Source: Clostridia bacterium | GTDB lineage: Bacteria; Bacillota; Clostridia; Oscillospirales; CAG-272 | Reading direction: 5' to 3' | Length of the DNA stretch: 64,000 bases | Assembly (NCBI GenBank): GCA_017450965.1 | Contig: JAFSSQ010000047.1 | Location: 4,787 to 68,786 of the forward strand | In this document: positions 18,743-27,500 of the stretch, piece by piece | How positions within the stretch are numbered: position 1 is the first letter of the stretch | Layout of the letters: the number at the start of each line of letters is the position of its first letter | The notes under the pieces: model-generated | Database searches by the model: none | Seen by the model: only the letters and a program-made list of their open reading frames with translations | What the model was told of the DNA's origin: nothing | Translations under genes and position numbers: made by a program

Positions 18743-19220
18743 GGAGTCCTGCGACCGGCTCGAGGAGATCATCGCCTCCGTCGGCTGCGCCGTGGTGCAG
18801 GGGACGGGGACGAGTATGCTCCCCCTGATCCGCAACTCCACCGACCGGATGCTGATCCTCGCCAAAAAGGACCGCAAGCCCGCCCGCCCCGATATCGCCG
18901 TCTACCGGAGGGGAGACCGCCTGATCGCTCACCGGATCCTCGGGACGGAGCCGGACGGGACGCTCCGGATCCGGGGCGACAACCAGATCCTCTGGGAGCG
19001 CGTCCCGCCGGAGGACGTGATCGGCACGGTGGAAGGCGTTTACCGCGGGGATCGGTATCTCGACTTTTCATCCGACGGAAAATCCCTCCGGCTCCGGAAG
19101 CTGTGGATCTCTCCGCTCTTTCCCCGCCGGATCGTGTTTGCCGTTTTCAACCGTCTCTCCCCGCTCTACCGCAGGGAAAACGCCTTTACCCGCGCGCAGC
19201 GGGAAGAAGAACAAACATAA
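18732..19220 (+). CDS. S24/S26-family peptidase
   Basis: GTSMLPL (Ser), DIAVYRR, AHRI (His), RGDN; overlaps the PqqD stop. Confidence 0.85.
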   Translation: MNSKESCDRLEEIIASVGCAVVQGTGTSMLPLIRNSTDRMLILAKKDRKPARPDIAVYRRGDRLIAHRILGTEPDGTLRIRGDNQILWERVPPEDVIGTVEGVYRGDRYLDFSSDGKSLRLRKLWISPLFPRRIVFAVFNRLSPLYRRENAFTRAQREEEQT

Positions 19221-19299
19221 AACCGTCCGCAGCGGCCGGGCCCCCGGCGAGGCGGACGGTTTTTGACAGAAAAAACGCCGCTCGAACGAGCGGCGTTTT
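19220..19299. terminator. paired intrinsic terminators between convergent genes
   Basis: AAACCGTCCGC...GCGGACGGTTTT and AAAACGCCGCTCG-AA-CGAGCGGCGTTTT. Confidence 0.7.
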
Positions 19300-19313
19300 C
19301 CGGTTGGTGAAAC

Positions 19314-19691
19314 TTATTTGATCTCGACGGTGGCGCCGGCAGCTTCCAGCTTGCCTTTGATATCGTCGGCGGTCTCCTTGTTGACGGCTTCCTTGATCGC
19401 CTTCGGAGCGGCTTCCACAAGGTCCTTCGCGTCCTTCAGTCCGAGACCGGTGATCTCGCGGACGACCTTGATGACGTCGAGCTTCTTCGCGCCGAAGTCC
19501 TTCAGGATCACGTCGAACTCGGTCTTCTCCTCAGCCGCGGCAGCAGCGGGAGCGGCAGCGGCGCCGGGAGCGGCGGCCACGACGGCGGAAACGCCGAATT
19601 CCTCTTCGAGAGCCTTGACGAGATCGTTCAGCTCAAGGATGGTAAGTTCCTTGATTTCATCGAGCAGTTTGGTGGTTTTTTCGCTTGCCAT
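19314..19691 (-). CDS. rplL: 50S ribosomal protein L7/L12
   Basis: [31 protein letters not shown]. Confidence 0.99.
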   Translation of the reverse strand: MASEKTTKLLDEIKELTILELNDLVKALEEEFGVSAVVAAAPGAAAAPAAAAAEEKTEFDVILKDFGAKKLDVIKVVREITGLGLKDAKDLVEAAPKAIKEAVNKETADDIKGKLEAAGATVEIK

Positions 19692-19746
19692 TTTCATTTC
19701 CTCCTAAATCGGTTCTTTTTTGTTGTTTCATGCGGTCATGCGGCCG

Positions 19747-20259
19747 TCATGCTTCGGCGGGTACGCCGCCGTCCTTTTCGATCTTCGCGTTGAGTACGGC
19801 TGCCAGTTTGGAGAGGGGGGACTGGAGACAACCGAGAAGTTTTGCCACGAGCTGTTCCTTGCCGGGAATGCTCGCCAGCTCCTTCACGACGTCCGCGTCG
19901 ACGACCGCTCCGTCAAGGAAACCGCCTTTGATCGCAAAGTTCTCGATTTTTTCGTCGTACGTCTTGAGGATCTTCGCAGGGGCGATGGGATCCTGTTCGG
20001 ACACCGCCACGGCGATCATTCCCTTGAGGTACGGCTTCAGCCCGTCGAGCCCGACCTGTTCGCAGGCTCTCTCGGTGATCGAGTTTTTGATAACCGCATA
20101 CTTGACGCCCGCTTTCCGCAGGTCGGCGCGCATTTTGGTATCATCCTCGACCGTGATGCCCTGATACTGGACGATCACGCCGGACGCGGCGTTCTTCATC
20201 AGTTCGGCCAGAGCAGCCACGTCTGCTTGCTTCTTTTCGAGAATGGATTTGCTTGCCAT
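19747..20259 (-). CDS. rplJ: 50S ribosomal protein L10
   Basis: YQGITV, VIKNS, IKGG; GGAGGTGA RBS before ATG 20259; upstream of rplL. Confidence 0.97.
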   Translation of the reverse strand: MASKSILEKKQADVAALAELMKNAASGVIVQYQGITVEDDTKMRADLRKAGVKYAVIKNSITERACEQVGLDGLKPYLKGMIAVAVSEQDPIAPAKILKTYDEKIENFAIKGGFLDGAVVDADVVKELASIPGKEQLVAKLLGCLQSPLSKLAAVLNAKIEKDGGVPAEA

Positions 20260-20290
20260 GTTTTCCGTTTCACCTCCATTGCGCAAGTGT

Positions 20291-20412
20291 AAAAAAATTG
20301 CCCGTTACGGCAAAGACAGCCGACGGACAAAACGCGGGCGAAAAAACGCCCCTTTTTCTCCTCGGCAGGAAAGCCAAACGGCTTTTACCGGAACCTGCTG
20401 TCTTTGGATAAC
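20291..20412 (-). ncRNA. L10 leader (attenuator)
   Basis: Minus strand CCAAAGACAGCAGG...TAAA...CCTGCCGAGG, an alternative pairing CTGTCTTTG, and a U-tailed hairpin before rplJ. Confidence 0.88.
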
Positions 20413-20418
20413 GCGGAT

Positions 20419-20447
20419 ATTGTAGCACTCTTTTTTCCGTTTGTCAA
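20419..20447 (-). promoter_or_regulatory. sigma-A promoter for rplJL
   Basis: TTGACA-N17-TACAAT with TGn extension. Confidence 0.85.
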
Positions 20448-20525
20448 GACTTTTTTTCAAAATCCCCGGCCGGGGAAAGAGAAGCGGCCCCCGGCGCGTC
20501 GGTCGGAGGCCCGTTCTTTCGTTTT

Positions 20526-21503
20526 TCAGCGCTCGCGCAGCTTCTGGGCGCGGACGTCGCGCCCGGCGAACTGATAGACGGCAAACTCCCCGAAAAGGCG
20601 GGAGGTGATGCGGTCGGCGTAGCGCTCGCGCAGCTCCTTTGCGCCGAGGTTGGTGTTGATCACGGTGCTTTTTCCCGCGACGAGACGGGAGTTGAGGACC
20701 TCGTAAAGGACCGAGACGGTGAACTGGTTGGTCACCTCGGTCCCGAGATCGTCGAGCAGCAGCAGATCGGCCTCGAGATACCGGTCGGTATCCCCCTCGT
20801 CGCTGCCGTAGCCGGAGCGGAACCGCTCGCGGCTGAAATCGGAGAACATCGTCTGCACGCTGCAGTAGAGCACGCGATAGCCGCGCAGCGCGACCTCGCG
20901 CGCCACGGCGCAGCAGAGGTGGGTTTTGCCGAGCCCGGTCCCGCCGATGAAAAGAAGGTTGCCGCTGCCCCTGCCGTAAAACGCGTCGGCGTACGCGCGG
21001 GCGTCCTCATAGATCCGCTTCATCGTGCGGTAGGTCTCCTCGCTGTCGCGGTAATACTCGAGAGAGAAATTGTCAAAGCGCTGGGTCCTCGTCAGAGCGC
21101 CGAGCCCGGAGGACTCGAGCGACGCTTCCGCCAGCGCGCGCCTGAGACACGCGCACATCCCCGCGTCGGTATAGCCGGTGTCCCCGCAGAGGGGGCACTC
21201 GTAATGCGGATCCGCCGCGTCCTCGGGCAGTCCCATCGCTTCCAGCGCCTCGATCCGCTTCTGCCGCATCCGCTCGACCTGCCGTCTCGCTTCCGCCCAG
21301 CGCGCCTCCTTGTCCGGCCCCGGCCGTCCGGCGCGCAGCAAAAGGACCCCCACGCCCGCCAGCGCCCGGTCCGCCTCCTCGAAGGCGGGGGATTTCCGAT
21401 ACAGATCCCGCCTGACCTCCTCGGCGCGGCGGAGCGCCTCGCTGCGTTTCCGGTCGTACTCCTCCATCACGGCGGAATAATCGCCGCCCCATCCTGCTTT
21501 CAT
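20526..21503 (-). CDS. DnaC/IstB-like AAA+ ATPase (helicase-loader type)
   Basis: CPLCGDTGY..MCAC Zn motif, Walker A GGTGLGKT, Walker B LLLLDDLG, RITSRL. Confidence 0.92.
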   Translation of the reverse strand: MKAGWGGDYSAVMEEYDRKRSEALRRAEEVRRDLYRKSPAFEEADRALAGVGVLLLRAGRPGPDKEARWAEARRQVERMRQKRIEALEAMGLPEDAADPHYECPLCGDTGYTDAGMCACLRRALAEASLESSGLGALTRTQRFDNFSLEYYRDSEETYRTMKRIYEDARAYADAFYGRGSGNLLFIGGTGLGKTHLCCAVAREVALRGYRVLYCSVQTMFSDFSRERFRSGYGSDEGDTDRYLEADLLLLDDLGTEVTNQFTVSVLYEVLNSRLVAGKSTVINTNLGAKELRERYADRITSRLFGEFAVYQFAGRDVRAQKLRER

Positions 21504-21523
21504 CGCGGTATGCCCTTTCGCTT

Positions 21524-22531
21524 TTATTTTTTGCCCTTGCCCGCAAAGCTGCGGTTGAGAGCGTCCTCAAAAAACTCGTCGGTATCAAAGCTGCCGGCGG
21601 CGGGGGAGGCCTGCTTTTTCTTCTTTTTCCCGTCGGCGGCGTTTCGCGCCGCCTCCGCCGTGCGGATCCCCTCCGCCCACCACCGCTCGAGGACCTTGTC
21701 CGCGTAGGCGACGCCGGGGGATCGGGTGGCGTTTACGGTCACTTCGTACGCTTCCTCGATCAGATCGAAAGGGTACTCCCGCTCGGCGATCCAGACGGTA
21801 AAGCACGCCCGCTCCTTTTTGGTCAGGGCGCGCTCCCCCATACCGAACAGCCGCCGCAGCTTGCCCTCCGCGGAGGAAAGCTTTTTCCGCCGCTCCAGTT
21901 CCGCCTCCAGCGCCGCGAGGGTCGAGACCCCCTGCTCCACGAGCGAACACGCCATCCGCTCGGCGTAGCGGACGTTCCGTTTGTCCAGCTCCGCGCAGTG
22001 GGCGAGCAGCGTCAGGATGTATCCCCCGTCCAGCCCGAGGGTGTCGTGCATCGCGACGATGCCGTTCACCTCCGTCGGGTTGAAGGTCTTGCCGAGCGTC
22101 TGCTCGCAGGCGTCGACAAGCGAGGAGAACGTTTCGTTTTGTTTTAAGAGCTCGCGGATCTCCGCCGAGGTGTAGTCGGGGAGGCGGTCGCCCGGAAGGA
22201 AGCGGACGGTCCGTACCGTCCCTCCCTCTCCTTTTTCCGGTTTTTTCTCCGGAGCGGTGGCGTCCGTTTTTTCCGTTTCGCGGGCGCTTTCACCCGCGCG
22301 GGAAGAGCGGCTCTTGCCGTTGATCAGTCCGGCGCCGCGCAGAAAGCCCGCGGCGTCCTCAAACTCGCCGGCGGTCAGCCCCGCCGCGGCGGGATCGACC
22401 TCGCCGCCCTCCGCCGCCGCCGAAAGGAGCAGGGCCTTGAGTTCCTGTTCCGAGATCTCGGAGAGACTGTCGATCAGCGCGCGCGGCAGCTCGATCTTCT
22501 CCGGTCCGTATTTCAGTCGGTATGCTTTCAT
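21524..22531 (-). CDS. DnaD-domain protein
   Basis: Two DnaD-like repeats (RYAERMA; YADKVLERW..EGIRT); ATG 22531 overlaps the rex stop. Confidence 0.88.
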   Translation of the reverse strand: MKAYRLKYGPEKIELPRALIDSLSEISEQELKALLLSAAAEGGEVDPAAAGLTAGEFEDAAGFLRGAGLINGKSRSSRAGESARETEKTDATAPEKKPEKGEGGTVRTVRFLPGDRLPDYTSAEIRELLKQNETFSSLVDACEQTLGKTFNPTEVNGIVAMHDTLGLDGGYILTLLAHCAELDKRNVRYAERMACSLVEQGVSTLAALEAELERRKKLSSAEGKLRRLFGMGERALTKKERACFTVWIAEREYPFDLIEEAYEVTVNATRSPGVAYADKVLERWWAEGIRTAEAARNAADGKKKKKQASPAAGSFDTDEFFEDALNRSFAGKGKK

Positions 22532-23190
22532 CCTTTTTCCGGCCCGCTTTTCTCCCGGAGGCTGTAACAGAGCGTCATCAGCGTATCTCCGAGGTGAATG
22601 TTCTGCACGGCGGCGTGCGCGAGGTGCAGTTCGATATTCGTAAAGTTCCATACGCCGCGGATCCCGGCGCGGTCGATCCGCTCCGCCACCTCGCGCGTCA
22701 CGGCGCGCGGCACGGTCAGGACCGCGATATCCGGCCGGCTTTTTGCGACGTAGGTTTCAAACTCCTCCATCCCGAGGATGGAAAAACCGCAGAAGGTCTG
22801 CCCCACCAGCGCGGGCGATACGTCAAAGAGCGCCTCCAGCGTGACGCCGCGCTTGCGGAAAACGGGGCTGGACGCCAGCGCGCGGCCGAGGTTGCCCGTG
22901 CCGACGATCACGGCGCGGTACCCCTCGTTTACGCCCAAAATCGAAGAAATATTCTCATAGAGCCGCGGGACGCTGTACCCGTACCCCTGCTGACCGAAGC
23001 CGCCGAAGCAGTTGAAGTCCTGCCGGATCTGGGACGCGGTGATGCCGAGCATCGCGGCAAGCTCGGAGGAGCTGACGCGCTCCACCCCCGCCTCCATCAG
23101 ATCGGACAGGTAGCGATAGTAGCGCGGCATCCGGTTGATGACGGCCGAGGAGATCGTTTTCTCTCCCCGCCCTTTGCTTTCCTTTTCCAT
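22528..23190 (-). CDS. rex: redox-sensing transcriptional repressor Rex
   Basis: RMPRYYRYL, VSSSEL, QIRQDFNCFGGFGQQGYGY, GTGNLG, GVWNF. Confidence 0.98.
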   Translation of the reverse strand: MEKESKGRGEKTISSAVINRMPRYYRYLSDLMEAGVERVSSSELAAMLGITASQIRQDFNCFGGFGQQGYGYSVPRLYENISSILGVNEGYRAVIVGTGNLGRALASSPVFRKRGVTLEALFDVSPALVGQTFCGFSILGMEEFETYVAKSRPDIAVLTVPRAVTREVAERIDRAGIRGVWNFTNIELHLAHAAVQNIHLGDTLMTLCYSLREKSGPEKG

Positions 23191-23221
23191 CTTTTTCTCC
23201 GATCTTGAACGTGGTTTTCCG

Positions 23222-24394
23222 TCAGCGGGAAAGTCGGCGCCGGAGCGCCTCTGTCAGGCAGGCGGTATACTCCGCGCAGGTCGCTCCCTCGTAGCCGTCG
23301 ATCACGACGGCGGCGTCCGGTCCGGTCGTCTCCTCCAGGGCCGCCGCCAAAAGGTCCGCTTCCTCTGTAAAGGAAATATGGCGCAGCAGCATCTCGGACG
23401 CCCGCAGGATACTCTGGGGGTTCGCGTAATGGCCCTTCCCTTCCGCGATCATCCGGGGCGCGGAGCCGTGGATCGCCTCGAACATGGCGTAGCGGTCGCC
23501 GATGTTGGCGCTCCCGCCGGTGCCGACGCCGCCCTGGATCTGCGCCGCCTCGTCGGTGATGATGTCGCCGTAAAGGTTGGGGAGAAGGAAGACCTGGAAG
23601 CGGTCCCGGATCTCCTTGTTGACCAGGTTGGCGGTCATGATGTCGATATACCAGTCCTCGTGCGCGATCTCCGGGTATTCGGCGGCGATCTCGTTCGCGA
23701 TGCGGGAGAACTTGCCGTCTGTCTTTTTCATAATGTTCGCCTTCGTGACGATGGCGACGCTTTGTTTGCCGTTTTTGCGCGCGAACTCAAAGGCGGCGCG
23801 GGCGATGCGGCGGGTGCCCGCGTCGGTCGTGATCTTGAAGTCGCAGGCGAGCTTATCGCCCACCTCCACGCCGCGCGAGCCGAGGACGTACTCTCCCTCC
23901 GTGTTCTCGCGGAAGAAGGTCCAGTCGATCCCCTCGCCGGGGACGGAGACGGGGCGGACGTTGGCGTAAAGATCGAGCTCCCGGCGCAGGGTCACGTTCG
24001 CGCTCTCCATATCCGGCGCGTCGGTGCCGCCCTTCGGGGTCGTCGTCGGTCCTTTGAGCAGCACGTCGCAGCTCTTGATCGCCGCGAGGATCGGCGCGGG
24101 AACGGACTCGCCGCACGCCAGGCGGTTTTCGATAGTGAGCCCCTCGATCGGGACGAGCTCGACCTTCCCCTCCGCCAGCTTTTTTCCAAGCAGCAGGTCG
24201 AGCACCTGCCGCGCACTCTCAAAAATGACCGTGCCGATCCCGTCGCCGGGGATCAGGCCGATGCGGATCTTTTCTTTTTTGGCGTAATCGACGGCGGCCG
24301 CCTCTCGCTCCATCTTCTCCTCGCGGGCGAGCTGCTCGCGCAAAACCGTTTCAAAGCGGTCAAGACAGGTGCGGATCTCGTTTTCGTAGTTCAT
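23222..24394 (-). CDS. isocitrate/isopropylmalate-family dehydrogenase (probably IDH)
   Basis: PGDGIG, LKGPTTTP, SANVTLRRELDLYANVRP, RENTEGEY, KANIMK, NLYGDI, EAIHGSAP. Confidence 0.9.
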   Translation of the reverse strand: MNYENEIRTCLDRFETVLREQLAREEKMEREAAAVDYAKKEKIRIGLIPGDGIGTVIFESARQVLDLLLGKKLAEGKVELVPIEGLTIENRLACGESVPAPILAAIKSCDVLLKGPTTTPKGGTDAPDMESANVTLRRELDLYANVRPVSVPGEGIDWTFFRENTEGEYVLGSRGVEVGDKLACDFKITTDAGTRRIARAAFEFARKNGKQSVAIVTKANIMKKTDGKFSRIANEIAAEYPEIAHEDWYIDIMTANLVNKEIRDRFQVFLLPNLYGDIITDEAAQIQGGVGTGGSANIGDRYAMFEAIHGSAPRMIAEGKGHYANPQSILRASEMLLRHISFTEEADLLAAALEETTGPDAAVVIDGYEGATCAEYTACLTEALRRRLSR

Positions 24395-24462
24395 GGAAAT
24401 TTCCTTTTCTTTTATGGATTGATAAAGTTTTCGACAGCCTGTCGAAAGTTTTGCACATCTTT

Positions 24463-25467
24463 TCAGTTTGCGTAAGCGTTGAGCGTTTCGTCCGCCCGTA
24501 CGCCGGCGGTAAACCGGAAATATCCCTCCGCCGCCGCCATCGCGCCGTTGTCCCCGCAGAGAGAGGGGGGCGGGAGGCAGAGACGGGCGCCGGCCTCGCG
24601 GCAGAGCGTTTCAAAGGCGGCGCGCAGGTGGGTGTTGGCGGCAACGCCGCCGGCCAGCACGACCGTGCGGACGCCGGTCTCCCGGAGCGCTTCGCGCGCG
24701 CGCTCGGCCAGTCCCCCGACCGCGGCGGCGGTAAAAGAAGCGGCAAGGTCGGCGGGCGATACCTCCTCCCCGCGCTGGCGGGCGGAGTTGACCGCGTTGA
24801 GCGCCGCCGTCTTCAGGCCGGAAAAGGAGAGATCGAACCCCCGGCCCGGCACGGCGGGCGAGGGGAAGCGGAACGCCGCCGGATCTCCCTCCGACGCAAG
24901 CCGGTCCATCGCGGCGCCGGCGGGATAGGGGAGCCCGATGACGCGCCCCACCTTGTCGAACGCCTCGCCCGCCGCGTCGTCGCGCGTGGCGCCGAGCTCG
25001 GTATAGTCGGTGGGAGAGTCGACCCGGAAAAGGGTCGTATGCCCGCCGGAAACGGCAAAGGCGAGGTAGGGGGGCTTCGGCGGGTCGGGCAGAAGCGACG
25101 CCGCCGCGATATGCGCGTGAACGTGGTCGACGGGGACGAGCGGGATCCCGCGGGAGAGCGCCAGCCCCTTCGCAAAATTGACGCCGACGAGGAGCGCCCC
25201 GATCAGGCCGGGACGGTTCGTCACAGCGATACAGGAGAGCGCGGAGAGCGGAACGTCCGCCTCGGCGAGCGCCTGCCGGGTCACATTGGAGATCGCCTCC
25301 GCGTGCGCCCGTCCGGCCAGCTCCGGCACAACGCCGCCCCAGAGCCGGTGCGTCTCCACCTGGGAGGCGACGACGTCCGAGCGGACGCTCAAAACGCCTT
25401 CCGGCGACGCTTCGACGACCGACGCCGCCGTCTCGTCGCAGGAGGACTCGATTCCGAGAATAAACAT
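24463..25467 (-). CDS. tsaD: tRNA N6-threonylcarbamoyltransferase TsaD
   Basis: ILGIESSCDET, GGVVPE, HVHAH, SGGHT, DDAAGEAFDK, DNGAM. Confidence 0.97.
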   Translation of the reverse strand: MFILGIESSCDETAASVVEASPEGVLSVRSDVVASQVETHRLWGGVVPELAGRAHAEAISNVTRQALAEADVPLSALSCIAVTNRPGLIGALLVGVNFAKGLALSRGIPLVPVDHVHAHIAAASLLPDPPKPPYLAFAVSGGHTTLFRVDSPTDYTELGATRDDAAGEAFDKVGRVIGLPYPAGAAMDRLASEGDPAAFRFPSPAVPGRGFDLSFSGLKTAALNAVNSARQRGEEVSPADLAASFTAAAVGGLAERAREALRETGVRTVVLAGGVAANTHLRAAFETLCREAGARLCLPPPSLCGDNGAMAAAEGYFRFTAGVRADETLNAYAN

Positions 25468-25477
25468 AGTTTCCTTC

Positions 25478-25975
25478 TTATCTTGTTTCGTTTTCCGGGG
25501 AAAGATCCAGCGTCATCACAACGGCGTCCTCCTCCGGCGCGGTATAGTAGCGTTTCCGTCTGCCGCAGGGAAAAAAGGAAAAAGAGCGGTAAAGCGCGAT
25601 CGCCGGCGCGTTCGACTCTCTTACCTCGAGATAGACGTGCCGGGTCCCCCGCTCCGAAAGCCGGGCGAGGAGCGCCCCGATCAGCGCGGAAGCGATCCCC
25701 CGCCGGCGGTACGCCGGCAGAACGGCCACGTCGGTCACGTCGCACTCGTCGGCGGCGCAGACGGCGGATACCACGCCCGCCGCCCGGCCTCCCCAAAGGG
25801 CGAAAAGGGTCACGCACACGGGCGAGGCGAGCGCCTCCCCGATCATCCCGGGAGTCCAGGGATCGGAAAAGCAGGCGAGCTCGATCTCCTCCCACGCGCG
25901 CGCCGCCTCCGGCAGGTCCTTTGCCGGCAGGACGCGCACCGGATCAGTAGCCGAGTGTTCCGTCGAGACTGTCAT
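25478..25975 (-). CDS. rimI: ribosomal protein S18-alanine N-acetyltransferase
   Basis: VAVLPAYRRRGIA, LEVRESN, RKRYY..EDA; adjacent to tsaD. Confidence 0.9.
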   Translation of the reverse strand: MTVSTEHSATDPVRVLPAKDLPEAARAWEEIELACFSDPWTPGMIGEALASPVCVTLFALWGGRAAGVVSAVCAADECDVTDVAVLPAYRRRGIASALIGALLARLSERGTRHVYLEVRESNAPAIALYRSFSFFPCGRRKRYYTAPEEDAVVMTLDLSPENETR

Positions 25976-26432
25976 CGTTTTCGATCCAGTCGGCGACCGT
26001 GATCTCCCGGTATTCGGTCTTCGTGTCGCGGATATAGACCTTCGCGATCCCCGCGTTGAGGATCTGGCGCTTGCACATCATGCAGTTGGCCGTCCCCGGG
26101 ACGACCGCTCCGGTCTTCGGGTCGGTGCAGCACATATACATCACGGCGCCGATCATCTCCTCGCGGGAGGCGGCGATGATGGCGTTTGCCTCGCTGTGGA
26201 CCGAGCGGCAGAGCTCGTAGCGTTCCCCGCGCGGGATGTTCATCTGATCCCGCAGGCAAAAGCCGAGGTCGCAGCAGTTTTTGCGGCCGCGGGGGGCGCC
26301 GTTGTAGCCGGTGGAAATGATGCTGTCGTTTTTGACGATGATCGCGCCGAACCGGCGGCGCAGGCAGGTGCTCCGCTCGGAGACCGTTTCCGCGATATCG
26401 AGATAATAGTTGTGTTTGGATACCCGTTCCAT
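25944..26432 (-). CDS. dCMP deaminase/ComEB-family Zn deaminase
   Basis: RSTCLRR, TGYNGAP, HSEANA, CMMC. Confidence 0.9.
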   Translation of the reverse strand: MERVSKHNYYLDIAETVSERSTCLRRRFGAIIVKNDSIISTGYNGAPRGRKNCCDLGFCLRDQMNIPRGERYELCRSVHSEANAIIAASREEMIGAVMYMCCTDPKTGAVVPGTANCMMCKRQILNAGIAKVYIRDTKTEYREITVADWIENDDSLDGTLGY

Positions 26433-26442
26433 CTTCCGCTCC

Positions 26443-27327
26443 TTATAAGGTTTTCGCAAATTCCCGGAGAAACGCGGTGAACGCCTCGCCGATCTCGGGG
26501 TGTTTCACCCCCTCGCAGACGTTGGCGGCGAGCAGACCGAGCTTGGAGCCGAGATCGAACCGCTCTCCCTCGAACACCAGCCCCATCATCCCGTACCGGC
26601 GCGCGTACTCCGCCATCGCGTCGGTCAGCTGGATCTCCCCGCCGGCGCCGGGCGCCGTGCGTTCAAGGATATCGAAGATCTCCGGGGTGAGCAGCACCCG
26701 CCCGAGGATGGCGAGATCGGTATATTCCCTGCCCGGCGCGGGCTTTTCGATCATGTCGGAGATCGCGTATTCCTCGCGCTCCGCGCCCGGGATCGCCTCC
26801 GCCTTCATCGAGCAAAACTTTCTCAGATCGGCGGCGGGAACGTGCTTGAGTCCCGCGACCGGACGCCCGTAGCGGGCGTACGAGGCGGCGAGCTGGGCGG
26901 TGACCGGCGTCTCCGAAAAGATAATATCGTCCCCGTAGAGGACGGCGAAGGGCTCCTCCCCGACAAAGCTGCGGGCCTGCAGGATCGCGTGTCCGAGTCC
27001 CTTTTTCTCCTTTTGCCGGAGGAAAAAGACGTTGCCGCGGTCGACCTCGGCGCGGTAGGCCTTTACCTCGTCCCCTCTCCCCTTCGCCGTCAGGACGGCG
27101 TCGTACTCGGGGGAAAAGTCAAAGTAATCCTCCATCGCCTCCTTTTCCCGTCCCGTGATGACGAGAACGTCGGTGATCCCGCTGTCAAACGCTTCGCTGA
27201 CGAGATAGCTGACGGCGGGGCGGTCGACGATCGGGAGCATCTCCTTCGGCACGCAGCGGGAGATCGGGAGCATCCGGGTCCCGAGACCGGCGGCGGGGAT
27301 CACGGCTTTTCTGACTGTCCGGATCAA
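26443..27327 (-). CDS. galU: UTP--glucose-1-phosphate uridylyltransferase (GalU family)
   Basis: KAVIPAAGLGTRMLP, KEMLPIVD, GLGHA, IEKP, GEIQLTDA. Confidence 0.88.
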   Translation of the reverse strand: MIRTVRKAVIPAAGLGTRMLPISRCVPKEMLPIVDRPAVSYLVSEAFDSGITDVLVITGREKEAMEDYFDFSPEYDAVLTAKGRGDEVKAYRAEVDRGNVFFLRQKEKKGLGHAILQARSFVGEEPFAVLYGDDIIFSETPVTAQLAASYARYGRPVAGLKHVPAADLRKFCSMKAEAIPGAEREEYAISDMIEKPAPGREYTDLAILGRVLLTPEIFDILERTAPGAGGEIQLTDAMAEYARRYGMMGLVFEGERFDLGSKLGLLAANVCEGVKHPEIGEAFTAFLREFAKTL

Positions 27328-27500
27328 AACTTTCTCCTCCTTTGATGGGGACGGCGCGGACCGCCGTCCGGGGGGTATGGTACCGCTTATACCAATATTA
27401 TACTTTATTCTCCATGAATTTCAAGTTTTTTTTGGAAGATGATTGTTTTTTACCCCGCCGCGCGATAGAATAAAAGCAGTCGTACGGAAAGGAGCCCCTT

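Noticed and set aside
20526-22531. IS21 IstB or prophage replication module
   Set aside because: No IstA or phage genes; the DnaD+DnaC-like pair is coupled to rex in a core operon
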